NCBI GenBank assembly: GCA_963706795.1 | Contig: OY970170.1 | Location: forward strand, 390,001 to 422,000 | Source: Candidatus Saccharimonadota bacterium | Lineage (GTDB): Bacteria > Patescibacteriota > Gracilibacteria > BD1-5 > UBA2023 | Direction of reading: 5' to 3' | Length of the DNA stretch: 32,000 nucleotides | Position numbers and translations under genes: made by a program | The notes under the pieces: generated by a model | What the model was told of the DNA's origin: nothing | Seen by the model: only the letters and a program-made list of their open reading frames with translations | The model's database searches: none | In this document: piece after piece, positions 9,587 through 17,571 of the stretch | Layout: the number at the start of each line of letters is the position of its first letter | How positions within the stretch are numbered: the stretch's first letter is position 1

Positions 9587-10891
9587 CTAACGGGTTATTT
9601 TGCGAATTTTAATGTCTTCTATTTTGCCATCTGCTACGTGCTGCACCTGGAGTGAAATCAGGATTTTTCCTGAACCAATGGTAAGGGTTTCTTTCGGATC
9701 AGGAAATCTTTCGAGAAGCGAGATAATAACATAAGACACCGTCTCTCCAAGAAATGTTTCGTCGAGTCCAATATCTGTGATATTTGCGATATCGAATTCT
9801 TCGAGTACATCGTCGATGAGCACTCAGCCATTGACGAGCATGGTGCCATCGGAGAGTTTTTTCATGTATTCTGCTTCTCGGTCTTTTTCGTCTTTGATAT
9901 CACCAAATACTTCTTCGACGATGTCTTCCATAGTGATAACTCCTGCGACTCCACCGTGTTCGTCAATGACGAGCGCGATGTGCTTATGTGAGCGTTGGAA
10001 GACCTCAAACACAGAATCTATCGGCTTGGTAACGGGCACCTTGATGATTTTTTCGAGCTCGAGACTACAAAGAAGTGCGTCTCCAAGACCAGCTTTGTGC
10101 CATTCGAGGACTTCTCGTAGAGTAACGACATGATCAATATTGTCCGTGGTTTCGCGATAGACGGGCAATCGCGAATGACTCGAACTCAGGAATATATCGA
10201 GCGCTTCATTCACGGTCGTGTCACAGGCAATGAACTCAACATGCACGCGTGGCGTCATTACTGAGGAAGCATCCGTCTCGGAGAGATCGAGGATATTTTT
10301 AATCTTGCGGTGCTCGTCGTCTTCTACCGCTCATTTTTCTCGTGAGAGATCGATGAAGGCAATGAGTTCTTCGAGAGAAATCGATGGCCCATGGATATCA
10401 CCCTTCCCGCCCGTCAAAAAATTTAGAAGTCTGACGAAGAATTCGATCAAAAAATTAAGCGGCCGAAATATAAACAAAAGAAGCTGATAAATCGGTGCAA
10501 CAAGTAGTGCGGTCTTGTCAGTAAATCGTACTCAGAGAATCTTTGGCGCGATCTCACCAAAGAGCAGTATCACGGTTGAAGCAATAAAGATCGCTCATCC
10601 AACTGCCTGATCCCCCGAAAACCCAAACTTCGTCGCAAACTGGATCGCGACCACCGTGGAAATCGACGATATCGCTATCGTTACCACCGTAGTACCGATC
10701 AGGTTTACGATGAGGAGGCGCTCATTATTTTTTTTAATCTCCGATAGATTTTGTGCTCCAAATCTCTTCTCGCGCAGAAATCCTGCAAGCTTATGAGTTG
10801 AGACCGACATGAGAGGAATCTCTGTTCCCGCAAAAAATGCGAGCAGTCCAAGCAAAATAAGAAAAGAGAGAATGGTGGACACGAGGTCCAT
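9587..10891 (-). CDS. HlyC/CorC-family transporter-associated protein (DUF21 TM domain + CBS pair + CorC_HlyC)
   Basis: Track ORFs 10595..10954, 9824..10258 and 9587..9823 share a frame. TGA at 10595, 10532, 10331 and 9824. Likely start is MDLVSTILSFLILLG (ATG 10889-10891). The TAG stop is 1 nt from the der ATG. Confidence 0.85.
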
Positions 10892-10939
10892 ATATCGGAG
10901 GATTAGGAATGATTTGAGGAACGAATTTCGCTCGCAATT

Positions 10940-11014
10940 TGGTGCCCTCAGCAAGAATCGAACTTGCGTCTAAGCCTTAGGAGTGCCTTGTTCTATCCAC
11001 TGAACTATGGGGGC
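10940..11014 (-). tRNA. tRNA-Arg (anticodon CCU)
   Basis: The reverse complement folds as a cloverleaf: GCCCCCA-TA-GTTC-AGTGGATA-GAAC-A-AGGCA-CTCCTAA-GGCTT-AGAC-GCAAG-TTCGATT-CTTGC-TGAGGGC-ACCA. CCA is encoded. There is one C:A mismatch in the acceptor stem and one mismatch at 31:39. Confidence 0.85.
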
Positions 11015-11021
11015 GACGACG

Positions 11022-11039
11022 AAAAAAGGCCCGAAGGCC
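11022..11039 (-). terminator. short GC hairpin plus U-run downstream of the 11081 gene
   Basis: The minus strand reads GGCC-TTCG-GGCC-TTTTTT, 40 nt after the TAG of the 11081..11476 gene and 7 nt before the tRNA-Arg 5' end. Confidence 0.5.
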
Positions 11040-11044
11040 CGCGC

Positions 11045-11072
11045 ATCATACGAAAAAAGTCAAAATCTTCAA
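11045..11072 (-). promoter_or_regulatory. candidate promoter for tRNA-Arg (and the corC-der operon)
   Basis: The minus strand reads TTGAAG (11072-11067), a 16-nt spacer, then TATGAT (11050-11045). The predicted start falls inside the hairpin at 11028-11039. Confidence 0.35.
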
Positions 11073-11080
11073 ATTTAAGC

Positions 11081-11476
11081 CTAGCGTGCGAGTTCGCGAT
11101 CGAAGACAACTGTAAGATACGGATTGCAATACGGATCCTTGAGTACCGCACTCACTGCTGCTGAGAGCTGCATTTCCTCGGTTTTGAGGACGGGGATATA
11201 CGTATATCCCCCATTTCGAAATGTAAAAATTCGATCGATCGACACATAGTCTACGACTCGTGAAATCTGCTCATCTGTGAGATAGCTCGCCCGAGTGAGG
11301 TGATATGCACCACGCACAAGATAACTGCGGCCACGGTATGTAAATTTGAGAGCAAATTTCGATGCCTCAATCAGACTAGAAGCCGGCTGAAAAACTGCCT
11401 TGGTACTGTGTCTGACTGCTTCGGGACGGGCTGGACGCGCTGGAGCATCGAGATCGAGGATGAGTTGATCGGTCAT
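11081..11476 (-). CDS. hypothetical protein (131 aa)
   Basis: Intact track ORF (MTDQLILDLDAPARPARPEAV...). No motif recognised. Confidence 0.6.
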   Translation of the reverse strand: MTDQLILDLDAPARPARPEAVRHSTKAVFQPASSLIEASKFALKFTYRGRSYLVRGAYHLTRASYLTDEQISRVVDYVSIDRIFTFRNGGYTYIPVLKTEEMQLSAAVSAVLKDPYCNPYLTVVFDRELAR

Positions 11477-11609
11477 ATGAATTTTTGTTTACAGGGTAAT
11501 CGTCTCACATATAGAGACGATGTCAAGAGTAAATTGTGACAATATTATATCTACGAGAGCTTAAGTAATCTTCAAAGATGCAGGGTTCGAACTATGGGCG
11601 TGCATAAAA

Positions 11610-11639
11610 TTGACAAGAAGGACTCATTTGAGGTACCAT
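11610..11639 (+). promoter_or_regulatory. candidate promoter giving a leaderless mRNA for the 11646 gene
   Basis: TTGACA (11610-11615), an 18-nt spacer, then TACCAT (11634-11639). ATG 11646 lies 7 nt after the -10 element. Confidence 0.35.
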
Positions 11640-11645
11640 AACCGC

Positions 11646-11912
11646 ATGATTGATCCTCAAACACTTCTCGCCCTCAGCCAAGAAATCGTCGATGCTCTCG
11701 AGCTCGATGTTTCAGCACGCGAGGGCATTGCCGCAGAACTTGCGACATGCACCAACGAAGAGCTCATGTATGTAGCTGAATCCCTCAGCACATATTACAA
11801 CCACGTAACGCTTACGGCTAATAGCGTATCGAGTCAGTTTTTGTCTGATAAAAACGAAGCTCTCGAAAACAACGAACGTGCCGATGTTTCAAATAGTCTT
11901 TTATTTTTGTAG
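11646..11912 (+). CDS. hypothetical acidic helical protein (88 aa)
   Basis: Same frame as track ORF 11610..11912. I prefer ATG 11646 (MIDPQTLLAL...) because the track's TTG start is the putative -35 hexamer. Confidence 0.55.
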   Translation: MIDPQTLLALSQEIVDALELDVSAREGIAAELATCTNEELMYVAESLSTYYNHVTLTANSVSSQFLSDKNEALENNERADVSNSLLFL

Positions 11913-11913
11913 T

Positions 11914-12372
11914 ATGGAACTTTTAAAATTCAATCGCGAAGCGCAAAAAATAGAATGTACGCCCGAAGGCGTAGCAGATGCTGTTGCACAACTCGGTGGC
12001 CCAGCCCAGGAAGCAAAAAATGCGCTTGCGAATTGCAATGCAAATATTCAAAAACAGACCGAAGGAATGCGCGTCGGAAATGCTGAATATCGCGGTATTT
12101 TAGACCGAAGACTCCAAGGAAATCAAACAGAACTCGCAGGACTCTTAGGACTCAACTCAGTCAAGGCTGCACTCGATAAAAAGGAATTCGCTGGCGCAAT
12201 GACTCGCGTCTGAAATGAAGCCACAGCAAATGTTGCTGCCGAAAAAGTACGTGATCTCAAACATCAGCAAGAACGTGTAGCTGCGGCAAAAGCAGGAATA
12301 GCCCAACAAACAGCAGATAACGCAGATGCCACTAAAATCAGCAAGGATTTCCAATATATCAAAATACGCTAA
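11914..12372 (+). CDS. hypothetical helical protein (152 aa)
   Basis: ATG 11914 (MELLKFNREAQK...) is 1 nt after the upstream stop. The frame reads through TGA 12211-12213 to TAA 12370-12372. Confidence 0.6.
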
Positions 12373-12408
12373 TATAGGAGGGCTTAGTTATTTGCGACCG
12401 ATCTTTCC

Positions 12409-13101
12409 ATGACTCCTGAACTCTTCGATGCACATCAAGAAACCCCTAAAACCACTTCCGAAACGAGCGGTATTCAGGGGCTTCTTATTAAATATAGATA
12501 CGCCGTACATGCATTGTTATGAGGTGGGGCAATAGTACTATGATTCTGAGCCGGAAATTTAGCTGCGGAATACTCTGCAAAGCACCATGAGGAGCAACGA
12601 TTTTGGCAACAGCAAGTACAAAATGCAGCAATGCTCGAAGAGCTCAAAACTCTGATGATCGAATCCTCTCTGCAGTGAGATAGTGATAATAAGGGAATTC
12701 TCTGAGCGATCGCCTTCAAGCAAAAAGCAGCGGACGCCAAGAAAATTGAAGAAACACTTAAGCGAGCACATGAGCTTGAAAAAATCGTTATAGCCGCTGT
12801 TTGACCAGATGGAGATTATTCCAAGGCAGCCTTCAGGGATTTTAGTTTTCCAGCAGAAAACATAAATACTACGAGCGAAACAGCAAAAGCCGCTGCTGAA
12901 AAAGCAAAAACCGCGATGCTTGAGCTCTACAATCTCAGAAATGCGCATACCAAAGCTCTTACATCTGACATGATAGCAAAGCAAGGAAGCTCATTTATCA
13001 TAGATTTTTGAGCAGACAAAGAGGAAGACCAATACTACATCAAGAGAATATATCTCAGCCCGCCTGATAAAGAGCAGTCGGCAAAAACAAGTAACGGGTA
13101 A
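12409..13101 (+). CDS. hypothetical single-pass membrane / coiled-coil protein (230 aa); not in the ORF track
   Basis: Translated codon by codon from ATG 12409 to TAA 13099-13101, with 7 in-frame TGA and no TAA/TAG. The TM segment is HALL[G]GGAIVL[G]F[G]AGNLAA. The rest is charged and helical. Confidence 0.65.
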
Positions 13102-13122
13102 TTATTTAGACACTGCGTATTC

Positions 13123-13155
13123 AAAAAAACTTCCATATAAACTGGAAGTTTTTTT
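13123..13155. terminator. bidirectional-type intrinsic terminator
   Basis: AAAAAAA-CTTCCA-TATAAAC-TGGAAG-TTTTTTT, directly after the 12409 gene. Confidence 0.7.
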
Positions 13156-13227
13156 GATAGATCGCATTTTTGGCTTTCGCCTTTGTAAAAAACTCGTATA
13201 AATAGCATCGTTTCTCTCAATCATCGC

Positions 13228-14013
13228 ATGAATCCAACACCAAATACCCAAGAACTTCTCGCAGAAATCGAAATCCTCAAGCGCAAGCTCGCTTCTTCTG
13301 CTGCATGGATGCGCCGAGAGGTCGAAGAAAATGTCCACAAGATTGCCAAGCGCAAGGTCACCAAAATGACCGAATCTGGCAAAGAAGATTTCCTCCGTGA
13401 AAACCAAGAAGAAATCATTGCGAACCGCATTCGTGGATATTTTGGGGATATTTTGCTTATGAATGCACCCAAGAATCTCCTCGAATACCTCATCGACTCT
13501 GAGATCAGCTACTATCACCTCTCTCGCAATCCGAACGGAGATGGTTTTTCGGTGGCGAGCTCATATAACAAGATTCTTGACGGACTGATCGAATCTCAGA
13601 TTACTTCTCAGTTCCGCAAATTTGTTCTCAAAAAAGGTCCTGTTATCCTCAGAACAAACGATCCACTCGAAAAAGCGCTTCATCTCGTAATTACCAAAAA
13701 ATACATCCTCTCAACGGGTCGACTTTTTGGGCTCATGCGAGCACTGAAGGGTCGCGAAAAGCTCTACGAATTTGCGACTTCGTTCCAAGAATATCTCGAA
13801 AAATACAACGAACTCAGAACACTCCTTATGAGTGATAATTTTTATATGCCCTATTGCACCCTCATCGAGAGTGACATCTTTGGTGGGAAGCGCCATGCCG
13901 GACGACTCAGCTTTGAAGAAACTGAAAAAGCCCGTCAGATATTGACTGGAGGCTACCAGAATACCAACGGACTTATTCATCAGTTACTCACTTACGCGAG
14001 TGTTCTCTACTAA
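13228..14013 (+). CDS. hypothetical protein (261 aa)
   Basis: Intact track ORF with no TGA. No family recognised. Confidence 0.7.
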   Translation: MNPTPNTQELLAEIEILKRKLASSAAWMRREVEENVHKIAKRKVTKMTESGKEDFLRENQEEIIANRIRGYFGDILLMNAPKNLLEYLIDSEISYYHLSRNPNGDGFSVASSYNKILDGLIESQITSQFRKFVLKKGPVILRTNDPLEKALHLVITKKYILSTGRLFGLMRALKGREKLYEFATSFQEYLEKYNELRTLLMSDNFYMPYCTLIESDIFGGKRHAGRLSFEETEKARQILTGGYQNTNGLIHQLLTYASVLY

Positions 14014-14162
14014 AGAAGCTCTTTGAGTTCTTCTAGTTCTGTTGGCGTAAAATAGAGAAGAAGTTTTAAAAACTGTTCTTTTTCTTCGATGGTGAGCGAG
14101 GTTGAAAGTTTGATCTTTTCGGAGATTGGGACTTCAACAAGTACCCCAGAAATATGAGCCAT
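14010..14162 (-). CDS. possible small protein (50 aa)
   Basis: ATG 14160-14162 to TAG 14010-12: MAHISGVLVEVPISEKIKLSTSLTIEEKEQFLKLLLYFTPTELEELKELL. It is below the track's size cutoff. Its stop overlaps the stop of the convergent 13228 gene. Confidence 0.3.
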   Translation of the reverse strand: MAHISGVLVEVPISEKIKLSTSLTIEEKEQFLKLLLYFTPTELEELKELL

Positions 14163-14208
14163 TAGGTTGTTCGATTGGATAAATATATTTAAACATTAAA
14201 TAGGTTAT

Positions 14209-14688
14209 ATGTCAATAATTCTCGGAATCGACCCTGGGACAACCACTGTAGGATTCTGAGTACTGGAAGTTGTGGGCAATAAACGAAATATTCTCAACTT
14301 TGGAGTTATTCACACCACTCCCAAGCTCGATGCTCATCTCAAACTTCTTGATATTGAGCGCGATCTGAGCGAGCTCATAGAGATGTACAAACCAAGCGCT
14401 TGTGGGATCGAAAAACTCTTCTTTTTTAAAAATCAAAAGACCGTTATTGATGTGGCGCAAAGCCGTGGTGTACTCATCCATACCATCGCCAAACACGGAA
14501 TCCCAATCTACGAATACACTCCCCTGCAAGTCAAAAAAGGCATCTGTGGAAATGGTGTCGCTACAAAACTCCAGGTCCAAAACGCACTCAAAATCCTCTT
14601 TGGACTGAATGAAATCCCAAAGCCCGATGACGCTGCTGATGCACTCGCTATCGCCTATATCACGAGCCTCGCTCGCCCAAAAATGTAA
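14209..14688 (+). CDS. ruvC: crossover junction endodeoxyribonuclease RuvC
   Basis: Track ORF 14272..14688 extends upstream through TGA 14257-14259 to ATG 14209: MSIILGIDPGTTTVGF[G]VLE, the conserved RuvC N-terminus with its catalytic Asp. The C-terminal part has DDAADALAIAY. Confidence 0.9.
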
Positions 14689-14689
14689 T

Positions 14690-14718
14690 AAAAAAAGCGC
14701 TCCTGAGAGCGCTTTTTA
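14690..14718. terminator. bidirectional intrinsic terminator
   Basis: AAAAAAA-GCGCTC-CTGA-GAGCGC-TTTTT, between convergent ruvC and the 14741 gene. Confidence 0.75.
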
Positions 14719-14740
14719 GTGATGTGTTCCAATCCGAGAA

Positions 14741-15073
14741 CTACTTGTGTTTACGGATAGGAATCACGTTGTTCAATTTTTTTCCTTCAGCTACTTTTGT
14801 TTGAAGAACATGCTGATCATTGGAAGCTTCATGATGTGTCCAAGCGGCTTCCCAGACGATATTGCGTTTCATCGTCCAGACCCAATACATGACTGCGATA
14901 ATAACAATGAGAACGATGCAGATGAGTACAAGAGCCCCGAATACATCATATTTCCCAACGCCATACCAGATGGACCATGAGCATGTGAGTGCTATAAGCC
15001 CTAATCCAATCAGACACCACCGAAAAAGTTTTTTGAGTGATGCCTCACGGGCTGTACAGAATACTTCTACCAT
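14741..15073 (-). CDS. small two-TM membrane protein (110 aa)
   Basis: Intact track ORF with two long hydrophobic segments, ending ...IPIRKHK. Confidence 0.6.
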   Translation of the reverse strand: MVEVFCTAREASLKKLFRWCLIGLGLIALTCSWSIWYGVGKYDVFGALVLICIVLIVIIAVMYWVWTMKRNIVWEAAWTHHEASNDQHVLQTKVAEGKKLNNVIPIRKHK

Positions 15074-15082
15074 CTATTACTC

Positions 15083-15403
15083 CTATTTGTGTTTACGACT
15101 GTAGTCGTAGGCGAAACGTTGTTGTTCATAATGCATCCATTTCCGGAATCGTAGACTGATCCAGACACAGAGAGCGGCGATCACAATGGCGCAGAGTACG
15201 CCTATGCGAATGTCAGCGATGCCGACATATCGTATAATTGTGAATATCAGAGCTACAACGCTCCACACCAGCACAATACGTGCAATTTCCGGATGTTTGG
15301 CTGCAATCCGGAGAATTTTTTGCTCTCCAGAAACGAGCAAGGTACGAAATATATTCATTTTGGTCTCCTCACCGCTTCTGCGGCTTTTGTTTTCTCTGTT
15401 CAA
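15083..15403 (-). CDS. small two-TM membrane protein (106 aa or shorter)
   Basis: Intact track ORF ending ...YSRKHK. An internal ATG (MNIFRTLL...) is an alternative start. Confidence 0.55.
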   Translation of the reverse strand: MNRENKSRRSGEETKMNIFRTLLVSGEQKILRIAAKHPEIARIVLVWSVVALIFTIIRYVGIADIRIGVLCAIVIAALCVWISLRFRKWMHYEQQRFAYDYSRKHK

Positions 15404-15481
15404 AATGAAAAGAGTGGGCGTAAATTAATGATAAAATTGAGATTGTCAATATTCGAGAATCGAGCTACCAAACGAGGGCTC

Positions 15482-15509
15482 TTGATGAACGAAAGTTTTT
15501 GATTACAAT
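15482..15509 (+). promoter_or_regulatory. candidate promoter for alaS
   Basis: TTGATG (15482-15487), a 16-nt spacer, then TACAAT (15504-15509). This argues against the track's TTG 15499 and ATG 15508 as start codons. Confidence 0.4.
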
Positions 15510-15537
15510 GCCACTTCGATTCTTAAAAGCACAGTTC

Positions 15538-17517
15538 ATGCGCATCATTTCATCTGACATCCGAAACAAATATCTTGAGTTTTACAAGGCTCAGGGGCAC
15601 GCCATTATCCCATCGGCGCCACTCGTTCCTGAGAATGATCCTACAACTCTCTTCACCGGATCTGGTATGCAGCCAATGCTTCCCTATCTTTTGGGTGAAC
15701 GTCATCCGCTTGGTAAGCGTATTGCTGACTCACAGAAATGTTTCCGTGCCGTTGATATGGAAGAAGTTGGTGATAATCGCCACACGACATTTTTTGAAAT
15801 GCTCGGAAACTGGTCGCTTGGTGACTATTTTAAAAATGAGCAGATTCACTGGATGTGGGATTTCCTCGTCGGAGAACTCGGTCTCGATCCAAAGAAGCTC
15901 TATTTTACATGCCACAATGGCTCTGCTGCCGCTGGTATCGAACGTGATGACACTGCAGCGAATCTCTGGATAGAACTCTACAAAAGTGTAGGGATCGATG
16001 CAAAAACTGCAGATAATGCAGCTAAAGAAGGTATGAAGCCAGGCGAGCGAATCTTCTTTTATGAAGACAAGAAAAACTGGTGGTCACGCGCAGGAGTTCC
16101 TGCAAATATGCCAGCCGGAGAACCTGGAGGACCTGACTCAGAAATGTTTTGGGACTTTGATCCAACTGGAGAAAAAGCACTTCACGAAAACTCTCCATGG
16201 AAGGACCAGCCATGTCACGTGAATTGTGACTGTGGGCGCTTCCTCGAGATCGGAAACAACGTCTTTATGGCATACATGAAGGAAAAGGATGGCACATTTA
16301 GTGAGCTCGCTGGCAAAAATATCGACTTTGGAGGTGGACTTGAGCGTATTGCAATGGCACTTGCGGATTCACCAGATATTTTCCAGACTGGGATTTTTGA
16401 TCTCATCCGCGAAAAACTCGAATCTGTGAGTCACAAGACCTACGGTACAAATTCTGATGAAACTCAGGCATTCCGTATTATTATGGATCACATCCGTGCA
16501 GCGACATTTCTCATCGGAGATGATGTTGTACCATCTAATGTAGATGCTGGATATTTCGTACGTCGACTTATTCGTCGCGCAGTTCGAGCGGGACGCAAAC
16601 TTGCGATCAGTGAACATTTTTGTGGAGAAGTCGCAAAGGGTGTTATCGACACCTACAAAGATGCATATACCAATCTCGAGGCAAAACGCGAAAATATTCT
16701 CCGTGTTCTCTCAGAGGAAGAAGAAAAATTCCAAAAAACGCTCGAGCGTGGTGAGCGTGAAATCGAAAAGATCCTCGCTTCTGGAGAAAAAATCGATGGA
16801 AAGAAGGCATTCTGGCTCTTTGAAACATACGGATTCCCCCGCGAAATGACGGAGGAAATCATTCTTGAGCACCTCATGGCACAATACGATCTCGGAATTG
16901 CCGCAAACGTAGAAATCATGCGCGAGAAACTCTTTGCAGTTAATACTGGGCTCGCAGACGAAATGAAGGCATTCGCAAGCGCATTCGACACTGCTTCACT
17001 CGAACATGCTGAACTCTCACGAACGGCTGCAGCCGGTAAATTCAAGGGAGGACTTGCAGATCAATCCGAGGAAACTACGGCGCTACATACCGCTTGTCAC
17101 CTCATGCTCGCAGGACTTCGTAAAGTCCTCGGAGCACACGTTCACCAAGCAGGATCAAACATCACTGCTGAACGCCTCAGATTCGACTTCACACATCCCG
17201 AAAAAGTTACTCCAGAACAGCTCACAGCCATCGAAGATTTCGTCAATAAGGCTATCGACTCTGGACTGAGTGTTTCGATCAGCGAGGAAGACAAAGAAGC
17301 TGCAAAATCCCGCGGTGTCGAAGGTGCATTTTGGGAAAAATATCCTGAAGTCGTTACGGTCTACAAGATGCAAGGAGGCGATGGAGTTGTCTACTCCGAA
17401 GAACTCTGTGGCGGTCCACATGTAGAAACTTCTATCACCATGGGCCACTTCAAGATCCAAAAAGAAGAATCCTCAAGCGCTGGAGTACGACGCATTAAGG
17501 CGATTTTGACGAAGTAA
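15538..17517 (+). CDS. alaS: alanine--tRNA ligase, short form ending after the editing domain
   Basis: Begins MRIISSDIRNKYLEFYKAQGHAIIPSAPLVP. Motifs: FTGSGMQP, HTTFFEMLGNWSLGDYFK, editing-domain HTACH and CGGPHV. The ORF ends 30 aa after CGGPHV. No in-frame TGA. Confidence 0.9.
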   Translation: MRIISSDIRNKYLEFYKAQGHAIIPSAPLVPENDPTTLFTGSGMQPMLPYLLGERHPLGKRIADSQKCFRAVDMEEVGDNRHTTFFEMLGNWSLGDYFKNEQIHWMWDFLVGELGLDPKKLYFTCHNGSAAAGIERDDTAANLWIELYKSVGIDAKTADNAAKEGMKPGERIFFYEDKKNWWSRAGVPANMPAGEPGGPDSEMFWDFDPTGEKALHENSPWKDQPCHVNCDCGRFLEIGNNVFMAYMKEKDGTFSELAGKNIDFGGGLERIAMALADSPDIFQTGIFDLIREKLESVSHKTYGTNSDETQAFRIIMDHIRAATFLIGDDVVPSNVDAGYFVRRLIRRAVRAGRKLAISEHFCGEVAKGVIDTYKDAYTNLEAKRENILRVLSEEEEKFQKTLERGEREIEKILASGEKIDGKKAFWLFETYGFPREMTEEIILEHLMAQYDLGIAANVEIMREKLFAVNTGLADEMKAFASAFDTASLEHAELSRTAAAGKFKGGLADQSEETTALHTACHLMLAGLRKVLGAHVHQAGSNITAERLRFDFTHPEKVTPEQLTAIEDFVNKAIDSGLSVSISEEDKEAAKSRGVEGAFWEKYPEVVTVYKMQGGDGVVYSEELCGGPHVETSITMGHFKIQKEESSSAGVRRIKAILTK

Positions 17518-17538
17518 TAGAAAGAATAGATTACGACA

Positions 17539-17571
17539 TAAAAAAACATCCCTCTCAGGGATGTTTTTTTA
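17539..17571. terminator. bidirectional intrinsic terminator
   Basis: AAAAAAAA-CATCCCT-CTC-AGGGATG-TTTTTTT, between alaS and the convergent 17572 gene. Confidence 0.75.

Noticed and set aside
11081-11476. Elevated GC as evidence that the 11081 gene is horizontally acquired
   Set aside because: Rough per-line counts give about 49% against roughly 40-45% elsewhere, but individual lines in clearly native genes reach 60%. The difference is not convincing without a proper calculation.
12474-13518. Minus-strand ORFs 12474..12740, 12559..12984, 13035..13220, 13102..13518 and 13221..13493
   Set aside because: They are Cys/Phe-rich, overlap each other, and lie antisense to the well-behaved plus-strand genes 12409..13101 and 13228..14013.
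15499-15537. The track's TTG 15499 or ATG 15508 as the alaS start
   Set aside because: Both overlap the TACAAT -10 candidate (15504-15509). MRIISSDIRNKYLEFYK (ATG 15538) matches the usual AlaRS N-terminus.
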